Positions 22,440-35,127 of a DNA stretch of 64,000 bases are shown in pieces (the first letter of the stretch is position 1; each line of letters begins with the position of its first letter). The notes under the pieces are model-generated. The model was not told where the DNA came from and made no database searches. It saw only the letters and a program-made list of their open reading frames with translations. The stretch is from Raillietiella orientalis (taxonomy: Eukaryota), in NCBI GenBank assembly GCA_036172245.1, contig JAYWIR010000049.1, positions 1,054,001 to 1,118,000 of the forward strand, in the 5' to 3' direction. A program made the position numbers and the translations under genes.

Positions 22440-24650
22440 ATCTCTCTGGAAACCATATCGCATCTTCTCTTGTGGAGGGGACAGCTTCCGAAGAGCGAAA
22501 TCGCAAATTTCGCCTGGTGTTAGAGCAACGCTATCGCATATCGTGACATCGTAATGTTTCCGGGCAACGGAACATGAAGTCGATGCAAAGACGCTGACGA
22601 AAACGATGCGAGGGAACCCACTTACGACGTCCGACCGTTTCCAGGAAGCGACGATGAGCTCGAAATTGACGCGACAGTCCAAGCTGTTAAGCGATGAAGA
22701 TTCTGGAAGAAATCGTCACCTGGAGACTCTGCCTTCGGCGAAGTGCCACCGCCGGGGACGGGCAGCAACATTGAAATCTGTGACTGATTCAGCCACTTCG
22801 CGCTGGAAACGTTTTCTGACCGCACCGTGCCTTTAGGAGCAAAACAGTGCTTACGGTTGACCAGGGTTGAGTGCTCAGGCCAGCCACACCCAACAGTCTC
22901 CTAAAGATTTGAGAGAAATCTGTATATCCGCCTGATGTGACAACTGTGTGTGGAAATTTCCAAAGACGCGGAGCGGCAGTTCCTTCAGGAAAATGTTCAC
23001 CCGCATGCCGCGTTTCCAGAAGATGCTGCAGGAGATCGCTTTACCTTGCAGTGCCTTGACGAATAGCACGCCTAGGAAGAGTTTTGCTTATAATCAGGCA
23101 TGCTCCAGCACATTACTGGGTGTTTGTCCCAGTACTTGTTTGCTGGGATGCGGATGGCAGGGATGTGCATGTGGTGACATCCCTCTTCTCCTCTCCCTTA
23201 GACTTTTACTAGCCAGCTGGGCATGCTGAAACATTAATACCGCAGAAGCTGTGGCATGAGACTCAATCCACCTGTCCTGCCCCCCATCAGTATACCAGCG
23301 CACACCCATCCCATGATGGCGTCGCACACGGATCGGAAACATGCACGGGGAGTGGGGCTGGGGAGGGGGGTGTCGCTGTCAATAATTCATTGGCAGCAGC
23401 ACACTCTCTACGCCTTCATCAATATACCACATATGTAGGCAGTGTAGGCAGTTGACCAAATTTTGCTTATCATCCGGGAGAAGGGGAGACAGGGGATCAT
23501 GTTGTGTATTTTTGGTAGGAACTATCTATTTTTGTCCACGCCAGTAGATCCAGCGACCACCAGTAGCTGAGCCTCTTCGCTAGAAGAAGAAAAAAGCAGA
23601 GAAAAAAAGAAAGAGAAAGAGATGTTCGAGAGAGAGCTACGAAAGATCCCTCGAGTTCACGCAGGTGCCTAATAACGAGCTCTGTATCGAGTCGTTCTTC
23701 CTGCTGGAAACGGCCCAGCTGCTAATTGTATTCCGGGGGAAAGAATCCAAATGCATTTCATCGCTGGAGAGTCTTCTCCAGGAAAACGAAGTTCACCGGA
23801 ACTTCGCCTGCTACCTGTCCGATGGGATGAGACTCTCGGTTGAGACTCGTGTCCGCGGTTGATCTACTTGTACGGAGAGGAAAAGGGAAAACAAAAACAC
23901 GCGAGCGATGCCGGCGAAGAGAAATAAACGCGCCGCATTGGAAAATGCACGGTGTTAATGATTCGTCAAGTGTGCAAGTTTATTGCCTTGTTCCCCGCTT
24001 CGGAATGCACCTCTCCTCTTCTCACGGCACCATGACACCCGAGTAGGAAACAAGCAGAATGTCAAATGTGGGCTTTTGTAATCTGGCAAGATGCTTGGAA
24101 TTCTGGTTCTTACTTCACCGCGCCTCCTCTTCAGAGTTCAGCTGTCCCGAATTAAAGAAGAGTCAAACATCAAAGGACTTCTTTGTAGCTGCGAAACTGG
24201 GATGGAAATCAAACCACTCATTTCGTATCAGAATCTGGAGGATGGACCCGCACGTACTGATCTGAAAAGTGCCTCGACGAAAATCCAAGGAAAATTCAAG
24301 GAACGGGTCGAAAGCGCGGCTCCATAAAAATGGCGGGTGCACTTCCTTTGCAGGTAAAGATGGCCGGCAGCGTTCTCCAGTCGGGGAATTCACACAGACG
24401 CATGTGATTGCAGCAGGCAGGACAGAGCGATGGCTAGTGTTTCAAACGGTGGCAGATGGAAGCATCCTTGGGAAAGGCTCTGACAGTGTTCTCTTGCTTC
24501 TGTGTTATTCCCTCTGCGGAACATGGTCCATTGAAGATGGGATGCTCAACTCGTAACTGGAAAACACATCCAAAAAACGATTGCAACCTCCATGTGCTCG
24601 ATCGGAGTGTGATGCGCACACGTCCGGAGAAAACTGAGTCTTCCGCCACC
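22440..24650 (+). mobile_element. Decayed Ty3/Gypsy gag-protease-RT start, with an unrelated insert at ~23100-23600
   Basis: Gag-like RQSKLLSDEDSGRNR at ~22670 (cf. RL.QLL..EELGDR.P). Protease-like GMRLSVETRV at ~23825, MHGVNDSSSVQVY, MWAFVI, LGILVL. NLHVL at ~24585. Confidence 0.4.
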
Positions 24651-25999
24651 GGTGGTTCACACTGAAAATCAAAAGGCGGTTCTTTACCGCGATAAAAAAC
24701 GAAAAATCATGTCCATACACGGAACATTTTTGTCCTCCCACGTTTAAGATCCAGGATTCATGAGAAAAGCAATCTTTAAAATAAAATGCCAAAGATTCTT
24801 GCATGGATTCCTAAACTCTCGCCAGAGGAATGAACACTCCGTGCGCTTCCTATAGGAGGACGAAAGGTGATGTAGGTGGATTACCGTTAGCGCGACCACG
24901 AGAGTGCACACTGCGAACCACTTGGCTGGTACATAGCAGTTGCTCATGTATCTCAGATGAGGCGTGATGCAAGAAAGGGTTCTAGGAGTAACAGACATGC
25001 TTAATCCTTGGATTCCTTTAATGCATGGCTCCAGAGTTTGGAGAGCAAATTCGAAACAGTAGCTGGGAACAAATCCACTGTAAATTGGATTTGCAGTGGA
25101 TGCAAATCCACTGGTCCTCGATCTACTGATCACGCGAGTGCACGCGAGTAACTCAGAGGCGACAAGACACGTCTGCATGCATCTGCACATTGGTTGAGTG
25201 GTCTCCGTGCTCGAATAATGTAGAAACAAAAAAGCCAAAAAAAAAAAAAAATGCAAAGATTGCAAGAGAGGTGTACAAGTAGCGCACCCGTAAGCCTGTT
25301 TAACTCCTAACTTTGCAGGAAGGCTCCTCAAGCTTTCGAGGATCATTCTCTCTGCCAAACAAAGATTTTCAGGCTCCAACTGTTGACTCAGCTCGAGACC
25401 AAAAGTGTTGCTCATGCCACAATCGCATTCTAATAAACAAACGGGGATCTTTGTCTTAGAATAACGAGTAAATAGTGTCTCACGTGTTTACCTCGTTAGT
25501 TTTTGCAACAATCTGGAGATGGCATTGCAACAGTGTGGCGTTTGCTTGGAACACAAAGCAAATTTGTGCTCTCATACATAAGATGTGAAGCACTACCTGA
25601 CATCTCGTAACCTTGACTACCACACTACTCCCACCGTTGACTCGGTCGACGACTCGCTTCCCGTGCTTCTTGATATATCGAAGGGACTCCACGAATTTCA
25701 CCGTTCCGTGTCATTTCATCTTTGCGCTGCTGGCAACCTCGTTCATCGGCCCCATCGTCGCACCTGAAAGAGCTACCTTTCATCTTTCCCTTCCGCTTGA
25801 TACCACTTGAGCACGCTATCTGGTCGGATTCAGCCGCGAACTCTGGTCCCGCTCTTCTCGGAGTGCTCCGAGTGCCTGGTCTACACTGCACTTTTAAATG
25901 CAAGTCCTTCTGATCCCAGATAAACATCATCTGATCTAATGTCAACACAAACACACACCGTCCATCAAGCAGCTTCTCAAGAAATCTTGCATCAGAACT

Positions 26000-28170
26000 A
26001 ACAATAGGTAAGGGCGATGGGCTGCTTTCAAATTTGAAGGAGCCTTTGCATTGGGTTCCAGTTGTTCGCTATTCAAACGTGTACGACATGTTCGTTCCAG
26101 AGTGGTGTTCTTCGATCGAGTCTGCAGACCAGATCTGTTTCGGGAATCTCCGAGGTTTCGTACAGAACGTCGTAGAATGAAAGTTCAGGTTCCCACAGGA
26201 GCTCTTTGCAACTGAAGAATGAGAACGAAGCACCCTGCCGTGAAGCGTGTTGGCTGCAATTTCGATTCTACGTGGGCTCGGCAAATCGGAGACAAGTCAA
26301 GAACGAGCATTCTTGGATCGTTCTGCCATAGACGTATCTAGAATTTTGGTTTCATTCGACTCTTCCCACTCAGAACCTGCGGCATTTCGCTTAGGGCGAT
26401 TGCACGATCGAGTTTAGTGCTCAAGTCACTTTCGACCCTCAAACTGAATACCATTTTCTACAAACTCCCACTTCCATACATTCCCGTTTTGTTTCATCGA
26501 AGAGCTCTACGCTGCAAAGCTCTTTGTCCTCCAGCAGCTTCCTCAAACAAACCTGCTGTTTGTTTGTTTGTTTTTTTAATGCCATCACATCTCATGTTCC
26601 CATTTTCACAGTGTGCAAAAGCGTAGACCTACACACCAGCAACAGGAAGTACCGTGATTTACCATGCAGTAGGACCTGTCCAACAGTTCGCACCTCTGAT
26701 GCCGATTCTCAGGATAACCTTCTCAGCTGCTCGTCCCATCTCTGCTCCGTTCATACTGCGAAATTCTCCTGGATCCGAACTATCCTCCGAACCCGTCCTA
26801 TTCACCTAACAGTGACTATAGCAATCCACAATGAAGCTTTCTTTCAAAGAGCTTTGTACGTTCGCAAGTAGAACAATGCTTCTACTTCGCATAGAACGCA
26901 GGGTTGCCACGTCCGCACCCGATGAACCTGCGTCGATCCTTCCCTATCACTGAATCATCCATCAGCCTTTTTTTCCTTCCTTTGTCAATTGTACCTGCGT
27001 CAGCACCTTGAATGGAGATTTCTCAGCAGCCGTAGTGGTAGACTTCCCCTCACCCACTCCGAACTTCCGAAAACCATTTCCAAATGGATACAAAAAATTG
27101 AACGGTCAAGAACTGTTCTTAATAGGTGAATGGACTCCCGCTACACTTTTATCCTCCACCTTACTATTCATCAGCTGGATAATCCCCAGTTCTTTCCGAC
27201 ATCAAGAATATCAATATAGTATCCGATAGTTCCAATTGATTTAGCTTTCCAAGATGTTCAGGACTTTCAGTCTGGTATATGCAGAATACCTTGTAGAACT
27301 GTTAGGTGAAAAGACTGCTTCGATGCCGCTGGAAAAAGCACACAAGTCACAGGTACTGGAAAACGTCCTTCTTTGTTCTGACGAAGACAAATCTCTTCAA
27401 ATGCGGAAGGGAAGAGCTAACGATGAAATGGCTCATGAGCTTTGATAAACACTCGGAATGAACCAGAGCAGTGGCCACAGTGGAAAGAAACTCAAGCGGA
27501 GAACGCTAAGTTCAAAATGTTCAAAGTACGTTAGGGCAACGTAAGCGTCAACTTTCGACTATCAGTCGCATGCAGAAAGCATCAACAGTTTTCTTTCCCT
27601 TTCGATTTTGTCCACGGATATGATTTCTTTTTTTTCTTTTTTTTTTTTTTCAATATATATAACCAGAAATGAAGACGAAATTTCCGAGGGCTTAGTTTCC
27701 AGTCTCCTTCTTCAAGGAATTACTCTGCCCCGATGAACACATCGTAACTACTGCCAGGTATACCAGATTAAAAAGCGTGGTATGTGCCTCTGTCATCCCA
27801 TCAATCAATATCTCATCTTGAAGACAAGTCGTTCCAAAGAAACACGCGCATGTAGTGGACCACTCTAGGCTCCCGATCATTCGCATCTTCCTCTACCAAA
27901 CCTCACCGAATAAATTTCTTCCTAGTCGTACGTCAACCAAACGAACCGAAAGTACTTACATCACACTACGCAGGAAAGCTAAATCAGACGATAGCGATCC
28001 AGAGGTCATCATGAGTTCAGTGCAGCAAACATGACTCATTTTACTCCCCTTTACTATCGCATGAAGAGAAAACCTTTGAACCACTGTACTGGCTGAAGGC
28101 ATGCCTGGTATGCTCTTTGACGCTTCTTTACAGGGATGCGTCATTCGCACGATGCTAACTACCATTAGTT
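26000..28170 (-). mobile_element. Decayed Ty3/Gypsy pol (RT-RNase H-integrase)
   Basis: Minus strand. IVKGSKMSHVC. GTTCLQDEILIDGMTEAH at ~27830 (YxDD box region). SSGIEAVFS at ~27320. YS*CRKELGII..GSPFT at ~27210-27130. LLHGKSR..LLH. LVSD at ~26290. Confidence 0.62.
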
Positions 28171-30139
28171 ATTGGACTTTGTGTTCCAGTGGAATGAGCT
28201 TGCATTGGGGCTGTCAGTTCTGAAATGCAGTCAGATGAACCGTTTTGCTAGTAGGAGGAACCGAACTCACAAAAGTACGCTGGTTCCAATCCAGCCGTGA
28301 GCACCCGAACACATTAGAAAGTACTTACATGTTCTTTTCTTATTTCTGCTAGATGTTGTGCAAAAGAACGAAAGAGGATGAAAACGGAGCATGCTATGTA
28401 ACAGGATTCAGGAGCTACACGTCAGTCCTGTTCTTGCAGATTTCAAAGTATGAATTTTGAGAGGTAGCGAAAGCTTTGCGCCCACACGGTACGCCTCTTT
28501 GATGAATGATTATCCTGATGAAATCCCTTGTTTTGATTCACTGTTGTCTGATTCAAGTGTCGCAGCCCAAGATTGGTGGTCGCGCAAGACCCTAACAAGA
28601 AGATTCACTCCGTACCAGAGACTTCGGACTTCAGCTGGTTCGGTGCGCAGGTAGCTGGAAGACAGATCTTACACAGCTGTTGTGATTTCTTCAGGTTTCC
28701 AGGCATTTCCTCGTCTGTACATTTAAGCTTTAAATACATCTTTGGACTTTAGTTGTTGGTATGATCGATAATCGAAGAGTCAGAGTACTTCGATTACTTT
28801 GGTATCATAAAAATACCATCTGGCATGTGATCAGGGGCTTTAAGTGATTTTCCTCCCATCAGGAGGAGAAATCCATACGCATTTCGTATGAATGTATTTC
28901 GAGGAAGCCATTCCGCCAGGAAACAGGCATAAGGATGCATAGGAGTTCTGTGAATTCTGAAACGGTTCAGAGATCGCAAACAACGAGTATCTGATGGTTA
29001 GGATCTTTTGCGTGATCCGATCTAGTGATCAATGAAAACACTCAAACAGATTGAATGAGAAAAGGACAACAGCTCTGCAACTTATCAAGAGTTTTAATTT
29101 TAAACATTCCACATTTCCAAATAGGGAACGACTACTCAGACTATATGATATACACCAGTAAATCAAGAGATTTACGAATCCTACAAAAACAATCAGTAAC
29201 CTCTTTTAAAGGGTCTCAGTATCATTCAACATAGGACTAGTCACAGCGTAAAATGATGATGATCAAAATTCATCGACTTTAAGTAATCATCTACGTGTGG
29301 CATGTGTATGTTCATGTGCATGCACATTCACTGGCGTGGACACACACTTGTGTGGAACGATCATTTGCCACTATCCTTGGTAATCGATTCATCAGCAAAA
29401 AGCGGATCAAGCTGCAAAATCCACGTAGCCACATCGTATGTGCAACTAATGCGCCAGTGTGAAACGAAAAGGAAGCCATCACACGTCTTTTCAAGTGAAA
29501 ATATTCGCACGCTCTTGAAAGAGAGTATCCAGAATTTTAACATGACACCTTTGACCAGACTGGAAATTGGTCCTGCAAATCCGAACTGGAAGGCAAAATC
29601 GCGGTCCTCTCAACATCCGCATTCTACAGCTGTGTAGTCTCTCAGCCATTGCTGTTATTTTGAAATACCGCGAAGCTGGACTACGATTTCATTTAATCTC
29701 CAAGAAAATGCAAAGCACTTCCAGCGACCAGAATCCCTTCGGGCAGAAACTAAAGACGCTGCTGTACGCTGGATCGAAAAGCTCTCTTGTCAGCGCGCCT
29801 TGGGCGATTATCAGACTGCCATCTCTCCGGGAAAGCCTGCCATGAAGGATTCAGCGTGTCCGAAAACGTGTTTAAAAAACACAAACGGAACATATTGCAT
29901 AAGATTGGGAAAAGCAAGATGGTGGCAATGGAAAGTCGAATACTGTGGTTGGTTACTGCGGGTGGGTGGAACCATTGGCAACACTCTCGCTGGTGAATTT
30001 CCTGCTATAATGTCTTCGCAGGGGCTTGGTCACGCAGCATTGAATCCTAAAATGTTGGCAAACGCTTGAGAAAAGTGTGCTGAATTCCTGAATGAATTAT
30101 TACTACGTGAGGAATTTCACCTCTTTCCAGTCATGCAAC

Positions 30140-31200
30140 CGAAGAACGGGATTTCAGCCCTACTCCGACGAAGAACGCACGTCGTATTTGTGTTTCCCAC
30201 AAGGCGTGCTTGACATTCGCAAGGAACGCCGGAAAGGCTGAGGTTCCATCAAAGAGGTTTTCGCAAATCGGGTATTCCCTGTAGGAAGCCCAATTGGGTA
30301 ATCTGGTTTCGTAAGTCTCCGGCGGAAATCCAACAGTTTTTTTCTTTTTCCTTTTTGGTAAACAAACGCTCACGCGCTTTCTGGACCGCCAGAGCCGTGT
30401 GCTGGCGGCAGCCAACGCCACGGCCTCACCGCCGCAGAACCTCTGCAGCATCGGCAGCAGATATTTTTTTTGCTCTCGCGAGCTTACCTCTTTTCCTCGT
30501 TCCGTCCGTGGTCAGAAAGCACCACGGAAAATCGTTGCGAGAAACCCTGCGGGAAGCTTTTCCAAGAACACGAAAATAGAATAAGCACATGCAGTTCAAA
30601 CACTGCAGAAAAATCTAAAAATAAACGCATCTTAAACTCTCGGCATATCAAGAACGACAGTGTGCCATAATTTTCGTGCGAGAATCTTTGTTCGAACACT
30701 TTTTCGATTCCCATCCTGTGCTGGAAGATCGAAGTTTCCGCTGCATTCGAGGAGCCAAAATAAATTTCAGGCCGCCTTCCAGAAGCTTCTCGGACCGCTC
30801 GTCCGAGAAGATGGGAGCATGAAAATTTGATGCACGCTCTCCGAAACGCCCTGACGCCTTTGTGTACATAGCTGGATTCGTTGAGGCGGCAGAAGAAGCC
30901 GTGAGAGTGCTTTCCCAGGCGGGTGTGGAAAGAAAAAACGTTTCATTGGGGCGGAGAGAGGCATAGAACCACATGCGTTGCTGCTGCCGAGAAACTGCTG
31001 CCACCTGCAAAGTCCATGTGGCGAAGACGGAATGGAACCAAGTGCAACCTCTCCGGACAACTTCTGGTCCCATCGCCGTGCTTGGGCTAAGTTTCCCACT
31101 CTCCTCCTCAGCTTTGCGTACAGGCAATGTCATAGGAGGCCACGGAGGCGCGATTCTTGCTAGCAACTGAAAGAACTTTGCTCTCTTCCCAAGAGAGTCC
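30140..31200 (+). pseudogene. Eroded D5-like primase-helicase (SF3 helicase domain)
   Basis: IGYSL*..VSGGN[T-rich insert]GKQTLTRFL at 30267-30385 (cf. GY.L.G..G.G.NGKS.L). RELTSF..VRGQK. ILNSRHIK at ~30630 (cf. LN...IK.LTG). IFVRESLF. KFDARS. V..AKTEW. Order matches D5/P4-type SF3 helicases. Confidence 0.55.
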
Positions 31201-34200
31201 GAAATATCTTTGCTTGGAAAGACGTGGTATGGCTTTCTTCTCGTTTCATACCGGTGCATTTGATGCGCACCTGCGAATCTCGAAATCATAACACTACGAT
31301 ATGAGTCAAATGGAGATCGCAACGGTACAAGGCCAGTGTACCTCAGCAAAAAGGCAGATAAACAATTCACCTATTTGCGGCCATGTTTTCTTTTTTTTTC
31401 CTTCTTATTTCAAAGAAAACCAAAATCTGGTTCCGCCTCTCCCTAGTCACGGGGATCATACGAGATCCGTAGCCATGCTCATTTTCACGTTTTGGCACTT
31501 TCACACATTCCCGGGCTTCATGCAGGTGCATACTGAAAGTTTCGAACCCAGTCGTGTTACATCATTAATAGCATCAGACCATTTCCCTTCTTAGGTATTC
31601 TAGTGAGCTCCGTATTCCCTAACTTCTAAGAAAGTTTAAAACAGAAATAAAAAGGTACTTGAAAAACAGGATTCTGTGTCGCCTTCATGGAATTTTTTTT
31701 TTTTTTTTTTTGCATCCGTGCAATGAAGTTTTTGCCAGATATGCAAGAAAGAAAGAAAAAAGCTGCGGTATCCGGAAACTACTGCTCTCATCCAGAAGTC
31801 ACGACAGAATGTAATCTGAAGCAGCCATGTTGAACTAAAAGCAGGCTCGGAAGAGCTGCTCACTTCAGTGTATCCAGGTCGGTTGTTTTCGAATGATTGA
31901 AATGAGTGCTTAATGAGCTGATTACGAGTTCGGTACTCGACAAGAATTTTTCCGGCTAAGCTATCATGGGAAGCACGCAGGTATTAAATAATATACGATA
32001 GTCTGTGCTCGAAATCTCACCTGGAATTGACTTTGGAATCACTTCTCGTAGTCTCCAAGATGCACTGTGGATGATGCCTCAAAAATGGCTAGAATCCGTT
32101 GCTCAAGAATGCTCAACACGAGCATCAGTCTATGACCATTAGTCTATGAGCCTTAGATCATGAATGCAAAAAGGAAGCTCAATGAATAAGCAATAGCTCC
32201 AAATCCAAAGAAATCGAAATTTTCACAGAGGTAATGGGTTTGTGAATGCAAAGTTTGGAAGCTTCCAAAGAGCACGTTTGAAAGCAGGAAAATCTCCAAC
32301 GCATTCGTGAAGGAGGATACTTCAACTGAAACAGAAAGGGTCAAATATCTTATGGATCTTGCTTTGGCTGCCATCCTTCGAAATAAAATGAAGAAATAAG
32401 GAAATAAGCTACAAACACCGTCAGGGCAACGCGTATTTCTCAGGCATCACATTATGCTGAAAATTGAATGAAGGTGCCGCTGTCTTGTAGGAATCAGCAG
32501 TTTTCGAGAGATTTATTGTAAGAGTTGCATAGCGAAGGAGAAAATTTCTTTGGCTTTGGTTTACGCTTAGGAGAAGGGAAACATCGATGCATCACTCCGA
32601 AGCATTGTGATTAAGAAAGTTTTCGTACATGTGATTTCAGCTGGCATCCATTCTGCTAACGAAATTCCGCCCCTGCACGAATCAAAACCTGCTAACAAGT
32701 GATGGTGGATTACTGCCCACAACCACTCGGTGCAACTTCAATCTGTTTTATTTAGCACCTTGCCTCATGAGTTGATGTGCTCTTTTTCGAACATTCCAGA
32801 AGTGACTGGAAACTTATCTATCTCTTGTGTGTTCGAACGATTTTCAGTGAAGTCGGTATACATCTCCTTTCTCCTCAATGGTGCCACAACTCCTGTACGC
32901 CAAAGGCACAGACTACGAAAAGTTCAGATCTCTTCGATAGAATGGATTTTACAAATTGAGTAATGTAAATGTGTTTTAAATATGCCCTTCTCGAGAAATT
33001 CGCATCCTTAACTCAAAATCGATAAGTGAGGGGAAAGTCGAAGTGCTTCCGTGTGTGGAATTATCAAAAGAATAATAATGCTTACGATCAGTCGTTTCAT
33101 TATGGCACAATGGAACATTCTCTGTGGAAAAAAGAAATGTTCTCATAAGAATGCCAGAATAACAATAGTCACATACAGTTGAAAAAAGTCTCAATTTTTC
33201 CTAATATATGCAGACATGAATAGAGAATACAATTCTTGTCCTCAGTTCGATAAAGAAAGCAAGATATTACAAACTATTAAATCTTTAGTTGAGGATTTTT
33301 TTTTTTTCGTCTCAGGGAACATGTTATCCATTTTTCGTCTGAATCCAAGATTTTTTCCTCTCTCAAGCAAACATACATTCTGTTTTAAGTTGCAGCTATG
33401 ACAAACTTCATCTAGTGACAAATGAAATATTTTTGTTGAAAATACTTTTTTAGATAAAAGAGATATCATTGTGCACTTTATTCCTTGTGCACCTCGTAAT
33501 ACTTTACTGGAATTTAATATCTATTCAACGTAAAATGCAAGTTTTTAAAATTTCAATTTACAAACTAGGGGAAAAAAAAGTTTCGGTTATGCAAGCAGAT
33601 TCATAATCCGAATTTCCAAGTTCAGAATCATCTGGATTAAAGAAATTGATTCTCACGCAATTTTACGCGATTAATTTTAAGACAAAAAGACGAAATTTCA
33701 AAACTGTTTTAAAAACGCAGTGAAAACAGTAATAACCTGCTTGTATCATTCTGTAGTTCTTGTCGTGGTTCAAAAGTGATAAGTAAAAAATGATTTTACC
33801 GTAGTGTAAAGGGATTTTCTCAATCGTTCCATTTTTTTCAATGATTGATGACAATTGATAAATCACTTCCAAGGCACTTTACTGTTTTTTGTTTCACTTT
33901 GTTTTTCAAACGAAAATTTCGTGAGTGTATGAAAATGATTACATCAAGACATACTAAATCAGCGATTGAATTGAAAATGAACTTACACGACACTACTGTA
34001 TAGTTCCCTGTGATCAGAAATATCGGTCTCCCTACTTTCATGGGATGAAAGTAGAGCTGATTTCCCTACTTTACCTACTCTTCCTTCTTACGTTTTTCCT
34101 CATCACCCAGAGGTTGAAACCAATTTTCAGAAATTATCGGGCTTTATCCCGCACACAATGAACTGCATTCCTTTTGTAACATTCCCTTCTTCTGAAAAAT

Positions 34201-35127
34201 GCTTTTATTGTCTGCCTCTTGGTCCCCTTAAAGGGTGCATTTTCTTCAACGTAGATCGGTATTTTCCTCTTTTTCTTGGTCGTAAAAGCGATGGCTTGAG
34301 ATATCGGTTTTGGGAGATCCGTCCTCATCGCGATGCATCCGAGTTCTCCCCAAGAGCTGCAATAACTACAAATACTCGGAAAATCGCGTGGATGCATGAG
34401 GACTGGACTTCACAGTGAAGTCAGGTTTTCGTGTCGTCGACACAATCAACGGTTAAACATTTAAAGCCAAGCGGACGATCAGAAAGCATTTGGTTACATT
34501 GCTTTGATCGACTGTTCCCAGAATCAATACTTCATATCCCATCTTAGAATTCGCACTCGGTTTCCATGGATTTTTCCCGTTCTCGCTTTCATCGGGAACT
34601 CTCCCCCCGTCCTCCTCACAAACAATTCAAAATGCAGTTGTCATTGCCTGTTATTGCATTCAATAAAGTTTAATCCCATTCCACAGTATAACATTCGCCG
34701 GTTCCCCTTCCACGAATTCTAAGAAAGTGTGTGGTTACGGTTACCTCGGAGTTGGGCCTGAATGGTGCTCGGCTGGTGCGTGCCAAGTTACGGGCTGCCT
34801 CGATTACCGCAACGTAATGGCGGTTGCTTGTGTGCACTTGTCGTATGTTAGCTTACTCCTTTCAACGTAAATTGCCGGCATTCATTCGAATTCTGACACC
34901 TTTTTTGTTCTCTGGTGATTTTTACCTTTGATGAGCATGTGAGCTTATGTCAACCATTTTGGTAAGGATTTAAAGTTCAGGATATGTGTACCACATGGTT
35001 CACATTTTCGTCGAATTCTCCATGACAAAATGCGAAAAACGGATAGTAAATTTCGACTTGTTGCCTTCGCCAGTGTTTAAAACGAATCATTTGAAGTGAA
35101 TAATGACAACAATTATAAATTTGCAAA

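Noticed and set aside
29740..29800. LLYAGSKSSLVS as a retroelement aspartic protease
   Set aside because: A single degenerate motif lacking the catalytic Asp, with no supporting neighbours.
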